Origin: Escherichia coli
Lineage (GTDB): Bacteria; Pseudomonadota; Gammaproteobacteria; Enterobacterales; Enterobacteriaceae
Strand: one strand, 5' to 3'
Assembly (NCBI RefSeq): GCF_041886205.1
Contig: NZ_CP169029.1
Length of the DNA stretch: 64,000 nt
The notes below the pieces were generated by a model. The model saw only the letters and a list, made by a program, of their open reading frames with translations. It did no database searches and was not told where the DNA came from. This document shows, piece after piece, positions 30,211 through 41,829 of the stretch. The position numbers and the translations under genes were made by a program. The stretch's first letter is position 1. Every line of letters begins with the position of its first letter.

Positions 30211-31459
30211 TGTTAGCCTCCACACGCGTCATTGCAGCCGTCGTTTTGCGATTCAAAATCGGGTTAAGGATCAGATAGCTCAGCGCGCCACCTAATACCG
30301 CGTTGACCGGAACAATTCCCGGTAACCAGTGGCCTGCGGCAATCCCCAGCGCGACCGCCAGAATCGCCACCCAATTGACACTCATCATACGCGTGGTCGC
30401 AAAGTGCTCATAGCGGCGACGGTTCATCAGATAGTCAGCGATGATCACGCCCCCTACCGGAGGAATAGCTGCCGAAAGGAAGGTCAGCCAGCCGACAAAA
30501 TTGTTATACAGCCATAATGCGCAGACCGTACCGATAATACCGTTAATCACCGAAAGGGTTTTACTCGACATACCAGTAATGTTGGCGAAACCTAAACCCG
30601 ACGCATAGAGCGCGTTATCGTTGGTGGTCCAGATATTCAGCCCCAGCACCACAATCGCAGGCAGCAGCAGTCCCTGAGCAATCATCACATCAGAGATATC
30701 CGCCATCCCCAGTGCCGCAGCGCCCGCTGCACCGAAAATAAACATCAACGAGTTGCCGAGGAAAAAGGCCACCATCGCCACCAGCACCGCCAGTTTGGCA
30801 TTGCGACCAAACCGGACAAAGTCAGCGGTGAGCGTACCCGCACTGATAAATGACCCCACAACCAGCGCCAGCGCGACATTGAAATCTAATGGTTGTGCGG
30901 GAACGACCGCTTTTAATGCGTCCAGGCCGCCCATGCCGTTAACGGCCAGCCACACGGAATAACCGCCAAGACAGGCGATCGCCGGAACCGCAATCACCGA
31001 AAGAACTGTCAGCGCCGAAATGCCAAAGAAGACGGTGACGGTCATCAGTAAACCGGAAACGGCAATCAGCAAATTAATATCCAGCCCGGTTGCCTTGCCC
31101 ACCGGAATAGCAAACATCGCCACACCGACGCCAAACCAGCCAACCTGGGTGCCGCCCAGCAGCAGTGAAGGCAGCCATGAGCCTTTAACACCAAACGAGA
31201 AGCGAGCAAGAAGATGAGTGGTCAGGCCGGTTTTTGCGCCAATGTAACCGAGAAATGAAGTGTAAATACCGAGGAGAAGATTGCCGATGAGAACTGCGAG
31301 GAAGAAATCATGATAGCTAAGACCGGTTCCGAGAGTGCCGCCGGTCCACATACTGGCGGAAAAGAAGGTTAATCCCAGCATGACGAACGTCAATGCCAAT
31401 ACCCCTTTCCGCGCCGACTGCGGGACTGGCCCCTGGCTAAAGTTGTTATCTTGCGACAC
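30200..31459 (-). CDS. codB: Cytosine permease (NCS1 family)
   Basis: 419 aa; [33 protein letters not shown]. Confidence 0.95.
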   Translation of the reverse strand: MSQDNNFSQGPVPQSARKGVLALTFVMLGLTFFSASMWTGGTLGTGLSYHDFFLAVLIGNLLLGIYTSFLGYIGAKTGLTTHLLARFSFGVKGSWLPSLLLGGTQVGWFGVGVAMFAIPVGKATGLDINLLIAVSGLLMTVTVFFGISALTVLSVIAVPAIACLGGYSVWLAVNGMGGLDALKAVVPAQPLDFNVALALVVGSFISAGTLTADFVRFGRNAKLAVLVAMVAFFLGNSLMFIFGAAGAAALGMADISDVMIAQGLLLPAIVVLGLNIWTTNDNALYASGLGFANITGMSSKTLSVINGIIGTVCALWLYNNFVGWLTFLSAAIPPVGGVIIADYLMNRRRYEHFATTRMMSVNWVAILAVALGIAAGHWLPGIVPVNAVLGGALSYLILNPILNRKTTAAMTRVEANSVE

Positions 31460-31525
31460 GAAATTCCCCCTTTTTGCTGTTTGAAACCCAAAAAATCCGC
31501 CGCATTCTATTCATCTGAAGATAAA

Positions 31526-31541
31526 AAGCAATCGTTTTCGT
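31526..31541. promoter_or_regulatory. Candidate PurR box upstream of codBA
   Basis: Minus-strand reading ACGAAAACGATTGCTT approximates the pur-box consensus ACGCAAACGTTTGCGT. Confidence 0.4.
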
Positions 31542-31612
31542 GGGGAAATATATTTTTTATATGAATGAGTGCAAAAAGGTGGGGGAAAAATTATCGGTGT
31601 AAAAACAGTGGG

Positions 31613-31692
31613 TAGGCATAATAAGACGCGGTAAGCGTCGCATCAGGCATCGGCGCATGGTGTCGGATGCGCCAGGCGACGCATCCGACAAC
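31613..31692. repeat. REP cluster
   Basis: GGCATAATAAGACGCGGTAAGCGTCGCATCAGGCAT ... GTCGGATGCGCCAGGCGACGCATCCGACA. Confidence 0.8.
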
Positions 31693-31695
31693 ACC

Positions 31696-33582
31696 TTACT
31701 CTTCCATCGCCTGACGGATCTGATCCAACGACGCCGGATCATCAATGGTCGTCAGATCCCCCGGATCGCGTCCTTCGCAAATCGCCTGGATTGTGCGGCG
31801 CAGCATTTTTCCGGATCGCGTTTTTGGCAATTGCGAGACAAACCAGACGTGCGCCGGGCGGCCAAAGTTGCCAATCTGGCTGTCCACCAGCGCCATAATC
31901 GCCTTCTCTTGCGAATGCGCCACCTCACGATCTTCCAGACTATCGCTCTCTTTCGGAATGACAAACGCCACTGCCACCTGCCCTTTCAGCGCATCTTTCA
32001 CCCCAACCACCGCCACTTCGGCAACGCCCGGATGACTGGAGATACTCTCTTCAATCTCGCGCGTCCCCAGCCGATGCCCGGCAACGTTAATTACATCGTC
32101 AGTGCGCCCGAGAATAAAGTGATAACCGTCAGCGTCACGGATGCCCCAGTCAAAGGTGGCGTACACCGGGCGGGAAAACAGCGACCAATACGTCTTCACA
32201 AAGCGGTCGTCGTCGCCCCAGATGGTCTGAATACAGCCCGGCGGCAATGGCCCTTCCACCACCAGCATCCCTTTCTCATTGACGCCGCACGGTTCGCCGG
32301 TGACTTCATTAAGCAACTGCACGTTATAGCCATACATCGGCACGCCGGGGCTTCCCAGACGCGTCGGCCTGTCGTCCAGACCGCGAGCAATCGCCATAAT
32401 CGGCCAGCCGGATTCGGTCTGCCAGTAGTTGTCGATGACCGGCACATCCAGCGTATTGCTCACCCAACTGGCGGTCGGCTCGTCCAGCGGTTCTCCAGCC
32501 AGATAGAGCACTTCCAGCGACGAGAGATCGTGTTTACGAATTTCAGCGGTAGGGAATTTTTTCAGCACGCGAATGGCAGTCGGCGCTGAGAACATCCGGC
32601 TCACCTGATATTTCTCGACGATTTTCCACCACACGCCGCAGTCCGGCCAGGTCGGTAATCCTTCGTAAACGATAGTCGCCATCCCCGCCAGCAGCGGCGC
32701 GTAGACGATATACGAATGCCCCACCACCCAGCCGATATCCGAAGCACAAAAGAACACACCGCCCGCTTTGCCGCCAAAAATGGTGTCCATCGAGGTCGCC
32801 AGCGCCACCGCATATCCGCCGACGTCACGCTGCACGCCTTTAGGTTTGCCGGTCGTGCCGGAGGTGTAGAGAATGCAGGAGGTTTCGTTGGATTCCAGCC
32901 ACGCCACCGGTACCCGCGCGCCGATGTGTTGATGGCGCAACGACGCGAAATCGACATCCCGCCCGCTGACGCGTGCCATTTTCGCCAGCCCGCGATCCAC
33001 CAGCAAAACATGGCGTGGCTGGTGCTGCGCCTGACTTATCGCATCGTCGAGCAATTTTTTATAGGGAATGATTTTGCCACCGCGCGCTCCGGCATCAGCC
33101 GAGACAATCAGCACCGGGTTAGCATCATCAATTCGCGCCGCCACGCTGTGCGAGGCAAATCCACCAAACACCACCGAGTGAATAGCGCCAATGCGCGCGC
33201 AGGCCAGCAGAGTAATATGCGCTTCGGCAATCATCGGCATATACACCAGCACCCGATCGCCACGCTGCACGCCCAGCGAGCGCAGCATTGACGCCACCGC
33301 ATTCACTTCGTCATGCAGCTGACGAAAGGTAAAGGTGCGCTCTTCTTCTGTTTCCGAAGAGACGGCAATCAGCGCCAGCGCCTCTGGCTGTTTCTCCAGC
33401 CAGCGGTCGATAGCGTTGTGACACAAGTTGGTTCGGCCTTCACAAAACCAACGGGCAAATGGCGGATTACTGTGGTCGAGCGTTTGCGTAAAGGGCGTCT
33501 GCCAGTCAATACGCCGGGCCTGCTCGGCCCAGAACTGCTCCGGTTCGTTAATCGAACGCTGATAAAATTCGCTAAAAGACAT
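31696..33582 (-). CDS. prpE: Propionyl-CoA synthetase
   Basis: 628 aa acyl-CoA synthetase; MSFSEFYQRSINEPEQFWAEQARRIDW; AMP-binding YTSGTTGKPKG. Confidence 0.95.
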   Translation of the reverse strand: MSFSEFYQRSINEPEQFWAEQARRIDWQTPFTQTLDHSNPPFARWFCEGRTNLCHNAIDRWLEKQPEALALIAVSSETEEERTFTFRQLHDEVNAVASMLRSLGVQRGDRVLVYMPMIAEAHITLLACARIGAIHSVVFGGFASHSVAARIDDANPVLIVSADAGARGGKIIPYKKLLDDAISQAQHQPRHVLLVDRGLAKMARVSGRDVDFASLRHQHIGARVPVAWLESNETSCILYTSGTTGKPKGVQRDVGGYAVALATSMDTIFGGKAGGVFFCASDIGWVVGHSYIVYAPLLAGMATIVYEGLPTWPDCGVWWKIVEKYQVSRMFSAPTAIRVLKKFPTAEIRKHDLSSLEVLYLAGEPLDEPTASWVSNTLDVPVIDNYWQTESGWPIMAIARGLDDRPTRLGSPGVPMYGYNVQLLNEVTGEPCGVNEKGMLVVEGPLPPGCIQTIWGDDDRFVKTYWSLFSRPVYATFDWGIRDADGYHFILGRTDDVINVAGHRLGTREIEESISSHPGVAEVAVVGVKDALKGQVAVAFVIPKESDSLEDREVAHSQEKAIMALVDSQIGNFGRPAHVWFVSQLPKTRSGKMLRRTIQAICEGRDPGDLTTIDDPASLDQIRQAMEE

Positions 33583-33621
33583 AATGCTCTCCTGTTGAAC
33601 TTACGCCTTACCGCTGTTTGC

Positions 33622-35073
33622 TTAAATGACGTACAGGTCGAGATACTCATTGACCGGCATCTGTTCCAGGCGAGTTCTGTCGAGAGAAACCTCCAGAATG
33701 CGCTGCTGTTGGCGAGTCGGGAACTGGCGCGCGAGATTGATTTTGAATTTATCGATCAGTTTCGGAATACCATCCTGACGGCGGCGAGCATGACCAATTG
33801 GGTACTCCACCACCACTTCTTCAAATCGTGTGCCGTCGGTGAACTCAAGGGTAATGGCATTGGCGATGGCGCGTTTTTCCGGGTCGTGGTAGTCAGCGGT
33901 AAATGCCGGATCTTCAAAGCAATTGATCTTCTCGCGCAGGGCGTCAATGCGTTTATCTTGCGCAACGTTGTCCTCGTAATCTGCCGCCGTTAAGCGCCCG
34001 AATAACAGCGGGATCGCCACCATGTACTGAATGCAGTGGTCGCGGTCTGCCGGGTTATTGAGCGGCCCTTTTTTGTCGATGATGCGAATACAGGCTTCGT
34101 GGGTGCGAATGGTCACTTTTTCGATATCTGCCGCCGTTTTGCCTGCGGCCTGCATCTGTTCATAGAGCGTCATCGCCGCTTCAACTGCCGTCTGGGAGTG
34201 GAACTCCGCCGGGAAGGAGATTTTGAACAGCACATTCTCCATGACGTAAGAACCGTACGGGCGCTGGAAGCGGAACGATTCACCTTTGAAGGAGACGTCG
34301 TAGAAGCCCCACACCGGCGCAGTCAGGGCTGACGGGTAACCCATTTCACCCGTTTTCGCCATCAGTGCCAGACGTACCGCGCGGGAAGTGGCATCGCCCG
34401 CCGCCCAGGATTTACGCGTGCCGGTGTTCGGCGCATGGCGATAGGTACGCAGCGACTGACCGTCCACCCACGCCAGCGAAACAGCGTTGAGAATTTCCTC
34501 GCGGGTCAGGCCGAGCATTTCGGCGACCACGGCGGTGGAAGCCACTTTCACTAACAGAACGTGGTCGAGGCCGACGCGGTTAAAGGAGTTTTCCAGCGCG
34601 ATGCAGCCCTGAATTTCATGGGCTTTGATCATTGCGGTCAGCACCTGTTTCATGGTCAACGGCGCTTTGCCGCTGGCGACCGCATTGCGCGAAAGCCAGT
34701 CCGCCGTTGCCAGAATGCCGCCGAGGTTGTCGGAAGGATGGCCCCACTCCGCCGCCAGCCAGGTATCGTTGAAATCGAGCCAGCGGATCATCGCGCCAAT
34801 GTTAAATGCCGCCTGGACGGGGTCGAGCTGGAACTGAGTTCCGGGGACGCGCACGCCGTTAGGTACGACGGTGCCAGGAACAATTGGCCCCAGCAGTTTT
34901 TTACAGGCCGGGTATTCAAGAGCTTCAAGACCGCAGCCGAGAGTGTCGAGCAGGCAGTAATGTGCGGTGTCGTAGGCTACTTTGGAGCTAATTTCGTAGT
35001 TCATCACGTAATCGACGATATCAACGATTTCACGATCAAATTCCGGGCGGATGTTGTTGATTTGAGCTGACAT
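33622..35073 (-). CDS. prpD: 2-methylcitrate dehydratase
   Basis: 483 aa MmgE/PrpD family; [23 protein letters not shown]. Confidence 0.95.
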   Translation of the reverse strand: MSAQINNIRPEFDREIVDIVDYVMNYEISSKVAYDTAHYCLLDTLGCGLEALEYPACKKLLGPIVPGTVVPNGVRVPGTQFQLDPVQAAFNIGAMIRWLDFNDTWLAAEWGHPSDNLGGILATADWLSRNAVASGKAPLTMKQVLTAMIKAHEIQGCIALENSFNRVGLDHVLLVKVASTAVVAEMLGLTREEILNAVSLAWVDGQSLRTYRHAPNTGTRKSWAAGDATSRAVRLALMAKTGEMGYPSALTAPVWGFYDVSFKGESFRFQRPYGSYVMENVLFKISFPAEFHSQTAVEAAMTLYEQMQAAGKTAADIEKVTIRTHEACIRIIDKKGPLNNPADRDHCIQYMVAIPLLFGRLTAADYEDNVAQDKRIDALREKINCFEDPAFTADYHDPEKRAIANAITLEFTDGTRFEEVVVEYPIGHARRRQDGIPKLIDKFKINLARQFPTRQQQRILEVSLDRTRLEQMPVNEYLDLYVI

Positions 35074-35106
35074 TGGGTACGTTTCCTTATTGTTATTCGT
35101 AGAGGT

Positions 35107-36276
35107 TTACTGGCGCTTATCCAGCGCGACAAACGGGCGGTCTTCCGGTCCAACATAATTGGCGGAAGGACGGATAATTTTGTTGTCCTGACGTTGTTCG
35201 ATAATGTGCGCCGCCCAGCCGGTGACGCGGGCGATAACAAACAGTGGTGTGAACATCTCGGTGGGAACGCCCATCATGTTGTAGGAAACGGCGGAGAACC
35301 AGTCGAGATTGGGGAACATTTTTTTGCTCTCCCACATCACTGTTTCCAGGCGATCGGCGATGTTGTACATCTTCAGCGAGCCGCCGTCCTGCGAGAGCTG
35401 CTTCGCCACGCGTTTGATCACCTGATGACGCGGGTCGGCGATGGTGTAAACCGGATGACCAAAACCAATGACCACTTCTTTGTTTTCCACGCGCTTGCGG
35501 ATATCGGCTTCGGCTTCGTCCGGCGTTTCGTAGCGTTGCTGGATCTCCAGCGACACTTCATTCGCCCCGCCGTGTTTCGGCCCGCGCAGTGCGCCAATCG
35601 CGCCAATAATCGCGGAATACATATCAGAGCCAGTGCCCGCAATCACCCGGCTGGTAAAGGTGGAAGCGTTAAACTCGTGTTCGGCGTACAGCACCAGCGA
35701 AATATGCATCGCCTTTTCCCAGCTTTGCGATGGCTTTTCGCCATGCAGCAGATGCAGGAAGTGACCTCCGATGGAGTCGTCATCGGTTTCCGGCTGGATG
35801 CGTTCGCCGTTGTGGCTGTAGTGATACCAGTAGAGAAGAATCGAGCTAAGTGACGCCAGCAGTTTGTCGGCAATATCCCGCGCGCCAGAGACAGTATGCC
35901 CCTCTTTTTCCGGCAGCGTGCAGCCGAGCGCGGAAACGCCGGTGCGCATAACATCCATCGGGTGCGACGCCGCGGGTAAGGCTTCCAGCACGGTACGCAC
36001 GTTAGCCGGTAAACCGCGCAGGGCTTTCAGTTTTGTTTTGTAAGCGGCGAGTTCGTCACGGGTCGGCAGTTTGCCGTGGATCAGCAGATGCGCCACTTCT
36101 TCAAATTCGCAATGTTCCGCGAGGTCAAGAATATCGTAGCCGCGGTAATGCAGGTCATTGCCGCTTTTACCCACGGTGCAGAGCGCCGTATTGCCCGCCG
36201 GAACGCCGGAAAGTGCTACCGATTTTTTCGGTTTAATGACATGGGTACTGTTTTGCAGGATCGTTGTGTCGCTCAT
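35107..36276 (-). CDS. prpC: 2-methylcitrate synthase
   Basis: 389 aa from [30 protein letters not shown]; citrate synthase family; ORF open upstream to 36402. Confidence 0.93.
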   Translation of the reverse strand: MSDTTILQNSTHVIKPKKSVALSGVPAGNTALCTVGKSGNDLHYRGYDILDLAEHCEFEEVAHLLIHGKLPTRDELAAYKTKLKALRGLPANVRTVLEALPAASHPMDVMRTGVSALGCTLPEKEGHTVSGARDIADKLLASLSSILLYWYHYSHNGERIQPETDDDSIGGHFLHLLHGEKPSQSWEKAMHISLVLYAEHEFNASTFTSRVIAGTGSDMYSAIIGAIGALRGPKHGGANEVSLEIQQRYETPDEAEADIRKRVENKEVVIGFGHPVYTIADPRHQVIKRVAKQLSQDGGSLKMYNIADRLETVMWESKKMFPNLDWFSAVSYNMMGVPTEMFTPLFVIARVTGWAAHIIEQRQDNKIIRPSANYVGPEDRPFVALDKRQ

Positions 36277-36318
36277 GTTGTCCTCGTCATTGTTATCATT
36301 TGTAGGGTCGAGATTGTT

Positions 36319-36412
36319 GTCGGATGCGACGCTATGCGTCTTATCCGACAGTTCAGTGCATCCCGTAGGCCTGATAAGTCGCGTCAGCGGCGCATCAGGC
36401 ATCGGTTGTCAA
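36319..36412. repeat. REP cluster between prpC and prpB
   Basis: GTCGGATGCGACGCTATGCGTCTTATCCGACA ... GTAGGCCTGATAAGTCGCGTCAGCGGCGCATCAGGCAT. Confidence 0.8.
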
Positions 36413-36432
36413 ATACAACCAACGGGCGTTTT

Positions 36433-37323
36433 TTATTTCGCCTGGTTACGGGCAAACAGGTCGTCGAGCTTCTCTTCGTACTGGTAATAGTTGATGCTTT
36501 CGTACAGCTCGTTGCGGGTTTGCATGGTGTCGATGACGCTTTTCTGCGTGCCTTCCTGACGCAGGACGTTGTAGACATGTTCAGCGGCGCGGTTCATGGC
36601 GCGGAACGCTGAAAGCGGGTACAGCGCCATTGCGACATGGGCGCTGCGTAATTCGTCGGTGGTAAACAGCGGTGTTGCGCCAAATTCGGTAATGTTGGCG
36701 AGGATTGGCACCTGCACCGCATCGGCAAACTGGCGGTACATGGCGAGTTCGGTAATCGCCTCCGGGAACAACATCTCGGCACCCGCTTCAACATAGGCCT
36801 GCGCACGCTCGATCGCCGCATCCAGCCCCTCTACCGCCAGCGCATCGGTGCGCGCCATGATCACAAAATCAGGATCGGTTTTCGCATCCACCGCCGCGCG
36901 GATCCGATCCACCATCTCTTCTTTCGAGACGATCGCTTTATTCGGACGATGACCGCAGCGTTTCGCACCAACCTGATCTTCAATATGCAATCCTGCCGCA
37001 CCGGCTTTAATCATCGATTTCACCGTACGCGCCACGTTAAAGGCCGAAGAACCAAAACCGATATCCGCATCCACCAGCAGCGGCAGCGAACAAACGTCGG
37101 TGATACGGCGAATATCGGTCAGCACGTCATCAAGGGTAGAAATACCGAGATCCGGCAGCCCCAGCGAACCTGCCGCCACGCCACCGCCGGAAAGATAAAT
37201 TGCCTGATATCCGGCACGCTGCGCCAACAGCGCATGATTAGCGTTGATGGTGCCAACAATCTGCAATGGATTTTCTTTAGACAGTGCAGCGCGAAACGCT
37301 TTACCTGGAGAGTGTAGAGACAT
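36433..37323 (-). CDS. prpB: 2-methylisocitrate lyase
   Basis: 296 aa ICL/PEP-mutase family; [34 protein letters not shown]. Confidence 0.95.
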   Translation of the reverse strand: MSLHSPGKAFRAALSKENPLQIVGTINANHALLAQRAGYQAIYLSGGGVAAGSLGLPDLGISTLDDVLTDIRRITDVCSLPLLVDADIGFGSSAFNVARTVKSMIKAGAAGLHIEDQVGAKRCGHRPNKAIVSKEEMVDRIRAAVDAKTDPDFVIMARTDALAVEGLDAAIERAQAYVEAGAEMLFPEAITELAMYRQFADAVQVPILANITEFGATPLFTTDELRSAHVAMALYPLSAFRAMNRAAEHVYNVLRQEGTQKSVIDTMQTRNELYESINYYQYEEKLDDLFARNQAK

Positions 37324-37368
37324 AGCCCATCCTTTGTTATCAACTTGTTATTTTCGTTGATAAAGACA

Positions 37369-37386
37369 AAGCAAGGGGTGTGCCAC
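37369..37386 (-). promoter_or_regulatory. Sigma-54 (-24/-12) promoter of prpBCDE
   Basis: Minus strand reads TGGCACACCCCTTGC, matching TGGCAC-N5-TTGC, about 50 bp upstream of prpB. Confidence 0.8.
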
Positions 37387-37460
37387 AATTGCCTTATTAG
37401 AATTAAATGTTTAATTTCAATTTGTTATAAATAAAGTCATGAAGTAATCTGCAAATATGC

Positions 37461-37518
37461 GTTTCAGTTAACGTTTCAGGCAATGTTTCACCGCGTTTCA
37501 TTGCAACAATTATGAAAC
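37461..37518. promoter_or_regulatory. GTTTCA repeat array with inverted TGAAAC (candidate PrpR enhancer sites)
   Basis: Four GTTTCA copies at 37461, 37473, 37485 and 37495 plus TGAAAC at 37513, 90-140 bp upstream of the sigma-54 promoter. Confidence 0.45.
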
Positions 37519-37561
37519 AAGACTAAACCCAATATTCGGTTTCTTAACTTTGCGGTGCGCT

Positions 37562-39148
37562 ATGGCACATCCACCACGGCTTAATGACGACAAACCGGTT
37601 ATCTGGACGGTATCTGTAACGCGCCTGTTCGAGCTGTTTCGCGATATCAGCCTCGAGTTTGATCACCTGGCGAACATTACCCCTATCCAGCTTGGCTTTG
37701 AAAAAGCAGTGACCTATATCCGCAAGAAACTGGCAAACGAACGGTGCGACGCCATCATCGCCGCTGGATCTAACGGCGCGTACCTGAAAAGCCGCCTGTC
37801 AGTGCCAGTTATTTTGATTAAACCGAGCGGCTACGATGTGTTACAGGCACTGGCAAAAGCCGGAAAACTCACCTCTTCTATCGGCGTTGTCACCTATCAG
37901 GAAACCATTCCAGCGCTGGTGGCGTTTCAAAAAACCTTTAATCTGCGCCTCGATCAACGTAGCTACATTACCGAAGAAGACGCGCGCGGGCAGATTAACG
38001 AGCTGAAAGCTAACGGCACTGAAGCGGTGGTCGGCGCGGGGCTGATTACCGATCTGGCAGAAGAAGCCGGAATGACCGGAATTTTTATCTATTCCGCCGC
38101 CACCGTGCGCCAGGCGTTCAGCGATGCGCTGGATATGACGCGCATGTCGTTACGCCATAACACTCACGATGCCACCCGCAACGCCCTGAGAACTCGTTAC
38201 GTGCTGGGCGATATGCTCGGTCAATCACCACAGATGGAACAAGTACGGCAGACTATTTTGCTGTATGCCCGCTCCAGTGCAGCGGTGTTGATTGAGGGGG
38301 AAACGGGGACGGGCAAAGAGCTGGCGGCCCAGGCGATTCATCGGGAATATTTTGCCCGCCACGATGCGCGACAGGGCAAAAAGTCGCATCCGTTTGTTGC
38401 CGTCAACTGCGGGGCGATAGCCGAATCGCTGCTGGAAGCGGAGCTGTTTGGCTATGAGGAAGGGGCGTTTACCGGCTCGCGACGCGGAGGTCGCGCCGGG
38501 CTGTTCGAAATTGCCCACGGCGGTACGCTGTTTCTGGATGAGATTGGCGAAATGCCGCTACCTTTGCAGACTCGCCTGTTACGGGTGCTGGAAGAAAAAG
38601 AGGTCACCCGCGTCGGCGGGCATCAGCCTGTTCCGGTAGATGTACGGGTCATTAGCGCCACTCACTGCAATCTGGAAGAAGATATGCAGCAAGGACGTTT
38701 TCGCCGTGATCTGTTTTATCGGCTGAGTATTTTGCGTCTGCAATTGCCACCACTGCGCGAGCGGGTGGCGGATATTCTTCCGCTGGCGGAAAGCTTTTTG
38801 AAAGTGTCTCTGGCGGCGCTCTCCGCCCCGTTTTCTGCCGCATTACGCCAGGGATTACAGGCAAGCGAAACCGTGCTGGTGCACTACGACTGGCCAGGTA
38901 ATATTCGTGAACTGCGCAATATGATGGAGCGACTGGCGCTATTTTTAAGTGTGGAACCGACGCCGGATTTAACGCCGCAATTTTTGCAGCTGCTACTGCC
39001 GGAACTGGCGCGCGAGTCGGCGAAAACTCCCGCTCCACGCTTACTGACACCACAACAGGCACTGGAGAAATTTAATGGCGATAAAACAGCAGCGGCGAAT
39101 TATTTAGGCATCAGCCGGACGACGTTCTGGCGGCGGCTGAAAAGCTGA
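37562..39148 (+). CDS. prpR: Sigma-54-dependent activator of the prp operon
   Basis: 528 aa from [22 protein letters not shown]+ sigma-54 interaction domain ([13 protein letters not shown]); divergent from prpB. Confidence 0.93.
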   Translation: MAHPPRLNDDKPVIWTVSVTRLFELFRDISLEFDHLANITPIQLGFEKAVTYIRKKLANERCDAIIAAGSNGAYLKSRLSVPVILIKPSGYDVLQALAKAGKLTSSIGVVTYQETIPALVAFQKTFNLRLDQRSYITEEDARGQINELKANGTEAVVGAGLITDLAEEAGMTGIFIYSAATVRQAFSDALDMTRMSLRHNTHDATRNALRTRYVLGDMLGQSPQMEQVRQTILLYARSSAAVLIEGETGTGKELAAQAIHREYFARHDARQGKKSHPFVAVNCGAIAESLLEAELFGYEEGAFTGSRRGGRAGLFEIAHGGTLFLDEIGEMPLPLQTRLLRVLEEKEVTRVGGHQPVPVDVRVISATHCNLEEDMQQGRFRRDLFYRLSILRLQLPPLRERVADILPLAESFLKVSLAALSAPFSAALRQGLQASETVLVHYDWPGNIRELRNMMERLALFLSVEPTPDLTPQFLQLLLPELARESAKTPAPRLLTPQQALEKFNGDKTAAANYLGISRTTFWRRLKS

Positions 39149-39150
39149 AC

Positions 39151-39183
39151 TGCCGAATGCAGCGCGAACGCTTTATCCGGCAT
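39151..39183. repeat. Degenerate REP-like palindrome after prpR
   Basis: TGCCGAATGCAGCGCGAACGCTTTATCCGGCAT. Confidence 0.5.
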
Positions 39184-39245
39184 AAATTTCAATAGATGAT
39201 CGCCGATAAACTTACGCATCGGGCATGTTTATATAGGGTTCAGAA

Positions 39246-39521
39246 TTACTTCTTCTTATAAATATCCGCCGTGCCGTGGATCTTATTGTCAGTCTGACCG
39301 GAGGTCAGCACCAACACATCAGCCCCTTTTTCATCGGCTTTTTTGATCAGATCTTCTTTCGCATCTGCGGTCGACATTTCATTACTGGTTGAAATATCAC
39401 CTATTTTTTCATATTGCGATGCAACTTTTTCAAATTCCGCTTTGGTCATTAATTCTGCGGCATAGATATTGGTAACGGCAAACGCTAACGCACCGACTAA
39501 CATTTTAGAGATTATTTTCAT
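39246..39521 (-). CDS. yahO: YahO periplasmic protein (DUF1471)
   Basis: 91 aa with signal peptide [21 protein letters not shown]. Confidence 0.85.
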   Translation of the reverse strand: MKIISKMLVGALAFAVTNIYAAELMTKAEFEKVASQYEKIGDISTSNEMSTADAKEDLIKKADEKGADVLVLTSGQTDNKIHGTADIYKKK

Positions 39522-39667
39522 ATTACGGCTCCAGAGTTGTTATCACACTATCACCCACCCACATTATTGGGTTGATTAATAATTAGTTCAGTCAGGGCAT
39601 AAACGCCAGTAACCGGAAATAAGACACTTTGTGATCTCTCTCGCACCCGATTATTTTTGGTAGAAAT

Positions 39668-40339
39668 ATGATGCAGTTAGTTCACTTATTTATGGATGAA
39701 ATCACTATGGATCCTTTGCACGCCGTTTACCTGACCGTAGGACTGTTCGTGATTACTTTTTTTAATCCGGGAGCCAATCTCTTTGTGGTAGTACAAACCA
39801 GCCTGGCTTCCGGTCGACGCGCAGGGGTGCTGACCGGGCTGGGCGTGGCGCTGGGCGATGCATTTTATTCCGGGTTGGGTTTGTTTGGTCTTGCAACACT
39901 AATTACGCAGTGTGAGGAGATTTTTTCGCTTATCAGAATCGTCGGCGGCGCTTATCTCTTATGGTTTGCGTGGTGCAGCATGCGCCGCCAGTCAACACCG
40001 CAAATGAGCACACTACAACAACCGATTAACGCACCCTGGTATGTCTTTTTTCGCCGCGGATTAATTACCGATCTCTCTAACCCGCAAACCGTTTTATTTT
40101 TTATCAGTATTTTCTCAGTAACATTAAATGCCGAAACACCAACATGGGCTCGTTTAATGGCCTGGGCGGGGATTGTGCTCGCATCAATTATCTGGCGAGT
40201 CTTTCTTAGTCAGGCGTTTTCTTTGCCCGCTGTGCGTCGTGCTTATGGGCGTATGCAACGCGTTGCCAGTCGGGTTATTGGTGCAATTATTGGTGTATTC
40301 GCGCTACGCCTGATTTACGAAGGGGTGACCCAGCGGTGA
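39668..40339 (+). CDS. yahN: LysE/RhtB-family amino-acid exporter
   Basis: 223 aa membrane protein. Confidence 0.85.
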   Translation: MMQLVHLFMDEITMDPLHAVYLTVGLFVITFFNPGANLFVVVQTSLASGRRAGVLTGLGVALGDAFYSGLGLFGLATLITQCEEIFSLIRIVGGAYLLWFAWCSMRRQSTPQMSTLQQPINAPWYVFFRRGLITDLSNPQTVLFFISIFSVTLNAETPTWARLMAWAGIVLASIIWRVFLSQAFSLPAVRRAYGRMQRVASRVIGAIIGVFALRLIYEGVTQR

Positions 40340-40355
40340 GCAGATAATTTACTCT

Positions 40356-40601
40356 CTACGTAATCAACCTGATTTGCCGAATCCCGACCATCGGCGATGA
40401 TAGCCCCCGTAATGCGTGGTCCTTATTTCCGATAAGTTTACTTGAGTCTTTAGCTTCCCATTTCAGCCCACTCTCCCCTGTGTGGGCTTTTTTCATTGGT
40501 CTGCCCCATCCTGAATAGCCAAACAATGGCAATGTTCCACTTTGCAGGGATGATAATAAGGGGATCTGATTCAGAAGAGTTTTGAAAAGTTGGACCGCCA
40601 T
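40356..40601 (-). CDS. yahM: Small uncharacterised protein YahM
   Basis: 81 aa from MAVQLFKTLLNQ; position and size match recalled K-12 yahM (17 bp from yahN); a hairpin lies inside it. Confidence 0.5.
   Translation of the reverse strand: MAVQLFKTLLNQIPLLSSLQSGTLPLFGYSGWGRPMKKAHTGESGLKWEAKDSSKLIGNKDHALRGLSSPMVGIRQIRLIT
40465..40494 (+). terminator. Intrinsic-terminator-like hairpin plus T6 (AGCCCAC-10 nt-GTGGGCT-TTTTTT), candidate yahN terminator
   Basis: 7 bp GC-rich stem followed by TTTTTT, 126 bp downstream of yahN, inside the yahM ORF. Confidence 0.5.
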
Positions 40602-41013
40602 CGAGGCCTCGAACCCCGTACCATACAACAATCCTGGTTGTCGTCTGCTCTTCCTGATGAGCTAATGGCGGTTTTTGATATGAGCCTTACAGCATATTTT
40701 CTGTCAGGCTTGAGTGCGATGCGTAAGATACAGAAAAGACCCCACACAAACATGATGGAATTATGATTTTTTTCATATGAATGTCAACCCACACATTCAC
40801 AAAACATCTGCATGAGATCATTTTTTATACACCGCATGGCTGCGAAACCACTACTGGTGCTTTTTTAAGCGAAGTGTCGCCGATCACAACAAAATATAGG
40901 CGAAAAAAGAGATGGAATGCCTGTTGGCATACAGATATACAGATGAAATGATTACCTGCATTGCGATTCACTCTCAGGTGGAATAACAATTTGCAGGTGG
41001 AACCCTTTCTGAA

Positions 41014-41829
41014 CTAAAGAGTGTAGCGGATTTTAACGTGCTTATTTACAGGATAATATCTGTCACCTAATTCCTGCACTCTATTAGATATCCATTCATT
41101 TAATCGCGCATCATCTCTGTATGTTTTTACGTCCAGAACAGAGAGCAATAACATCACCAGTGATTCAGGAAAAACAGGGTAGATATTTTTTAAGTGTAAT
41201 AATAATCCATGCGCAAGCGCCTGCTTAATGGGCGCGTCTGTCTCCGGAATAGACGACATTTCGCGAAGCCATTTTTCCACATGCATACACTCTTTCCCTT
41301 TAGGGAAAATTTTCAGCAAAGGCATATGGTGTTCAAGAAGAATACATTTGCAATCTGTTCGCACTGAATCGATAAACTGCACTAATTTCTTAAGCCCGGT
41401 AAAGCGTCCAGCCTGCACGTTTGCTTTAATATCAAGAAACGCATCATCCTGGTCATATACCCAAACTGTCCCTTTTTGATTTTCAAGTATGTGAAAAACA
41501 AACTTAACCGGGTGATCAGGGTAATCCATCCAGTCATAAAATCCAGGGAAATCATTAAACTGCACATTTATGGTGAGTGCGTTATCGTCTGACCACTCAC
41601 AGTCTCGTACGGCAGCCATGAGATGAATGAGTTTGTCGTCATCGACTAAATCATCACGACAATCATAAGGATAATCATAATATTGTTTAATCAAAACCTT
41701 GAATATATCGACACAGGAAACCAGGGAGCTTTTGATATCCTCTGGTAACTGATTGTTTTTAACCGTATTAAGTATGCTTTGTTGCGTATATGGCATCAAA
41801 TTATTGTGCGGAGCTTTTAATGATATCAT
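41014..41829 (-). CDS. yahL: Uncharacterised protein YahL
   Basis: 271 aa; MISLKAPHNNLMPYTQQSILNTVKNNQLPEDIK. Confidence 0.8.
   Translation of the reverse strand: MISLKAPHNNLMPYTQQSILNTVKNNQLPEDIKSSLVSCVDIFKVLIKQYYDYPYDCRDDLVDDDKLIHLMAAVRDCEWSDDNALTINVQFNDFPGFYDWMDYPDHPVKFVFHILENQKGTVWVYDQDDAFLDIKANVQAGRFTGLKKLVQFIDSVRTDCKCILLEHHMPLLKIFPKGKECMHVEKWLREMSSIPETDAPIKQALAHGLLLHLKNIYPVFPESLVMLLLSVLDVKTYRDDARLNEWISNRVQELGDRYYPVNKHVKIRYTL

Noticed and set aside
40590-40670. Possible structured RNA (tRNA-like GGTTCGAGG and a CTGATGAG motif flanked by CCGCCAT / ATGGCGG)
   Set aside because: No cloverleaf or hammerhead core can be assembled; the segment overlaps the yahM start and is most simply a coding or UTR region.
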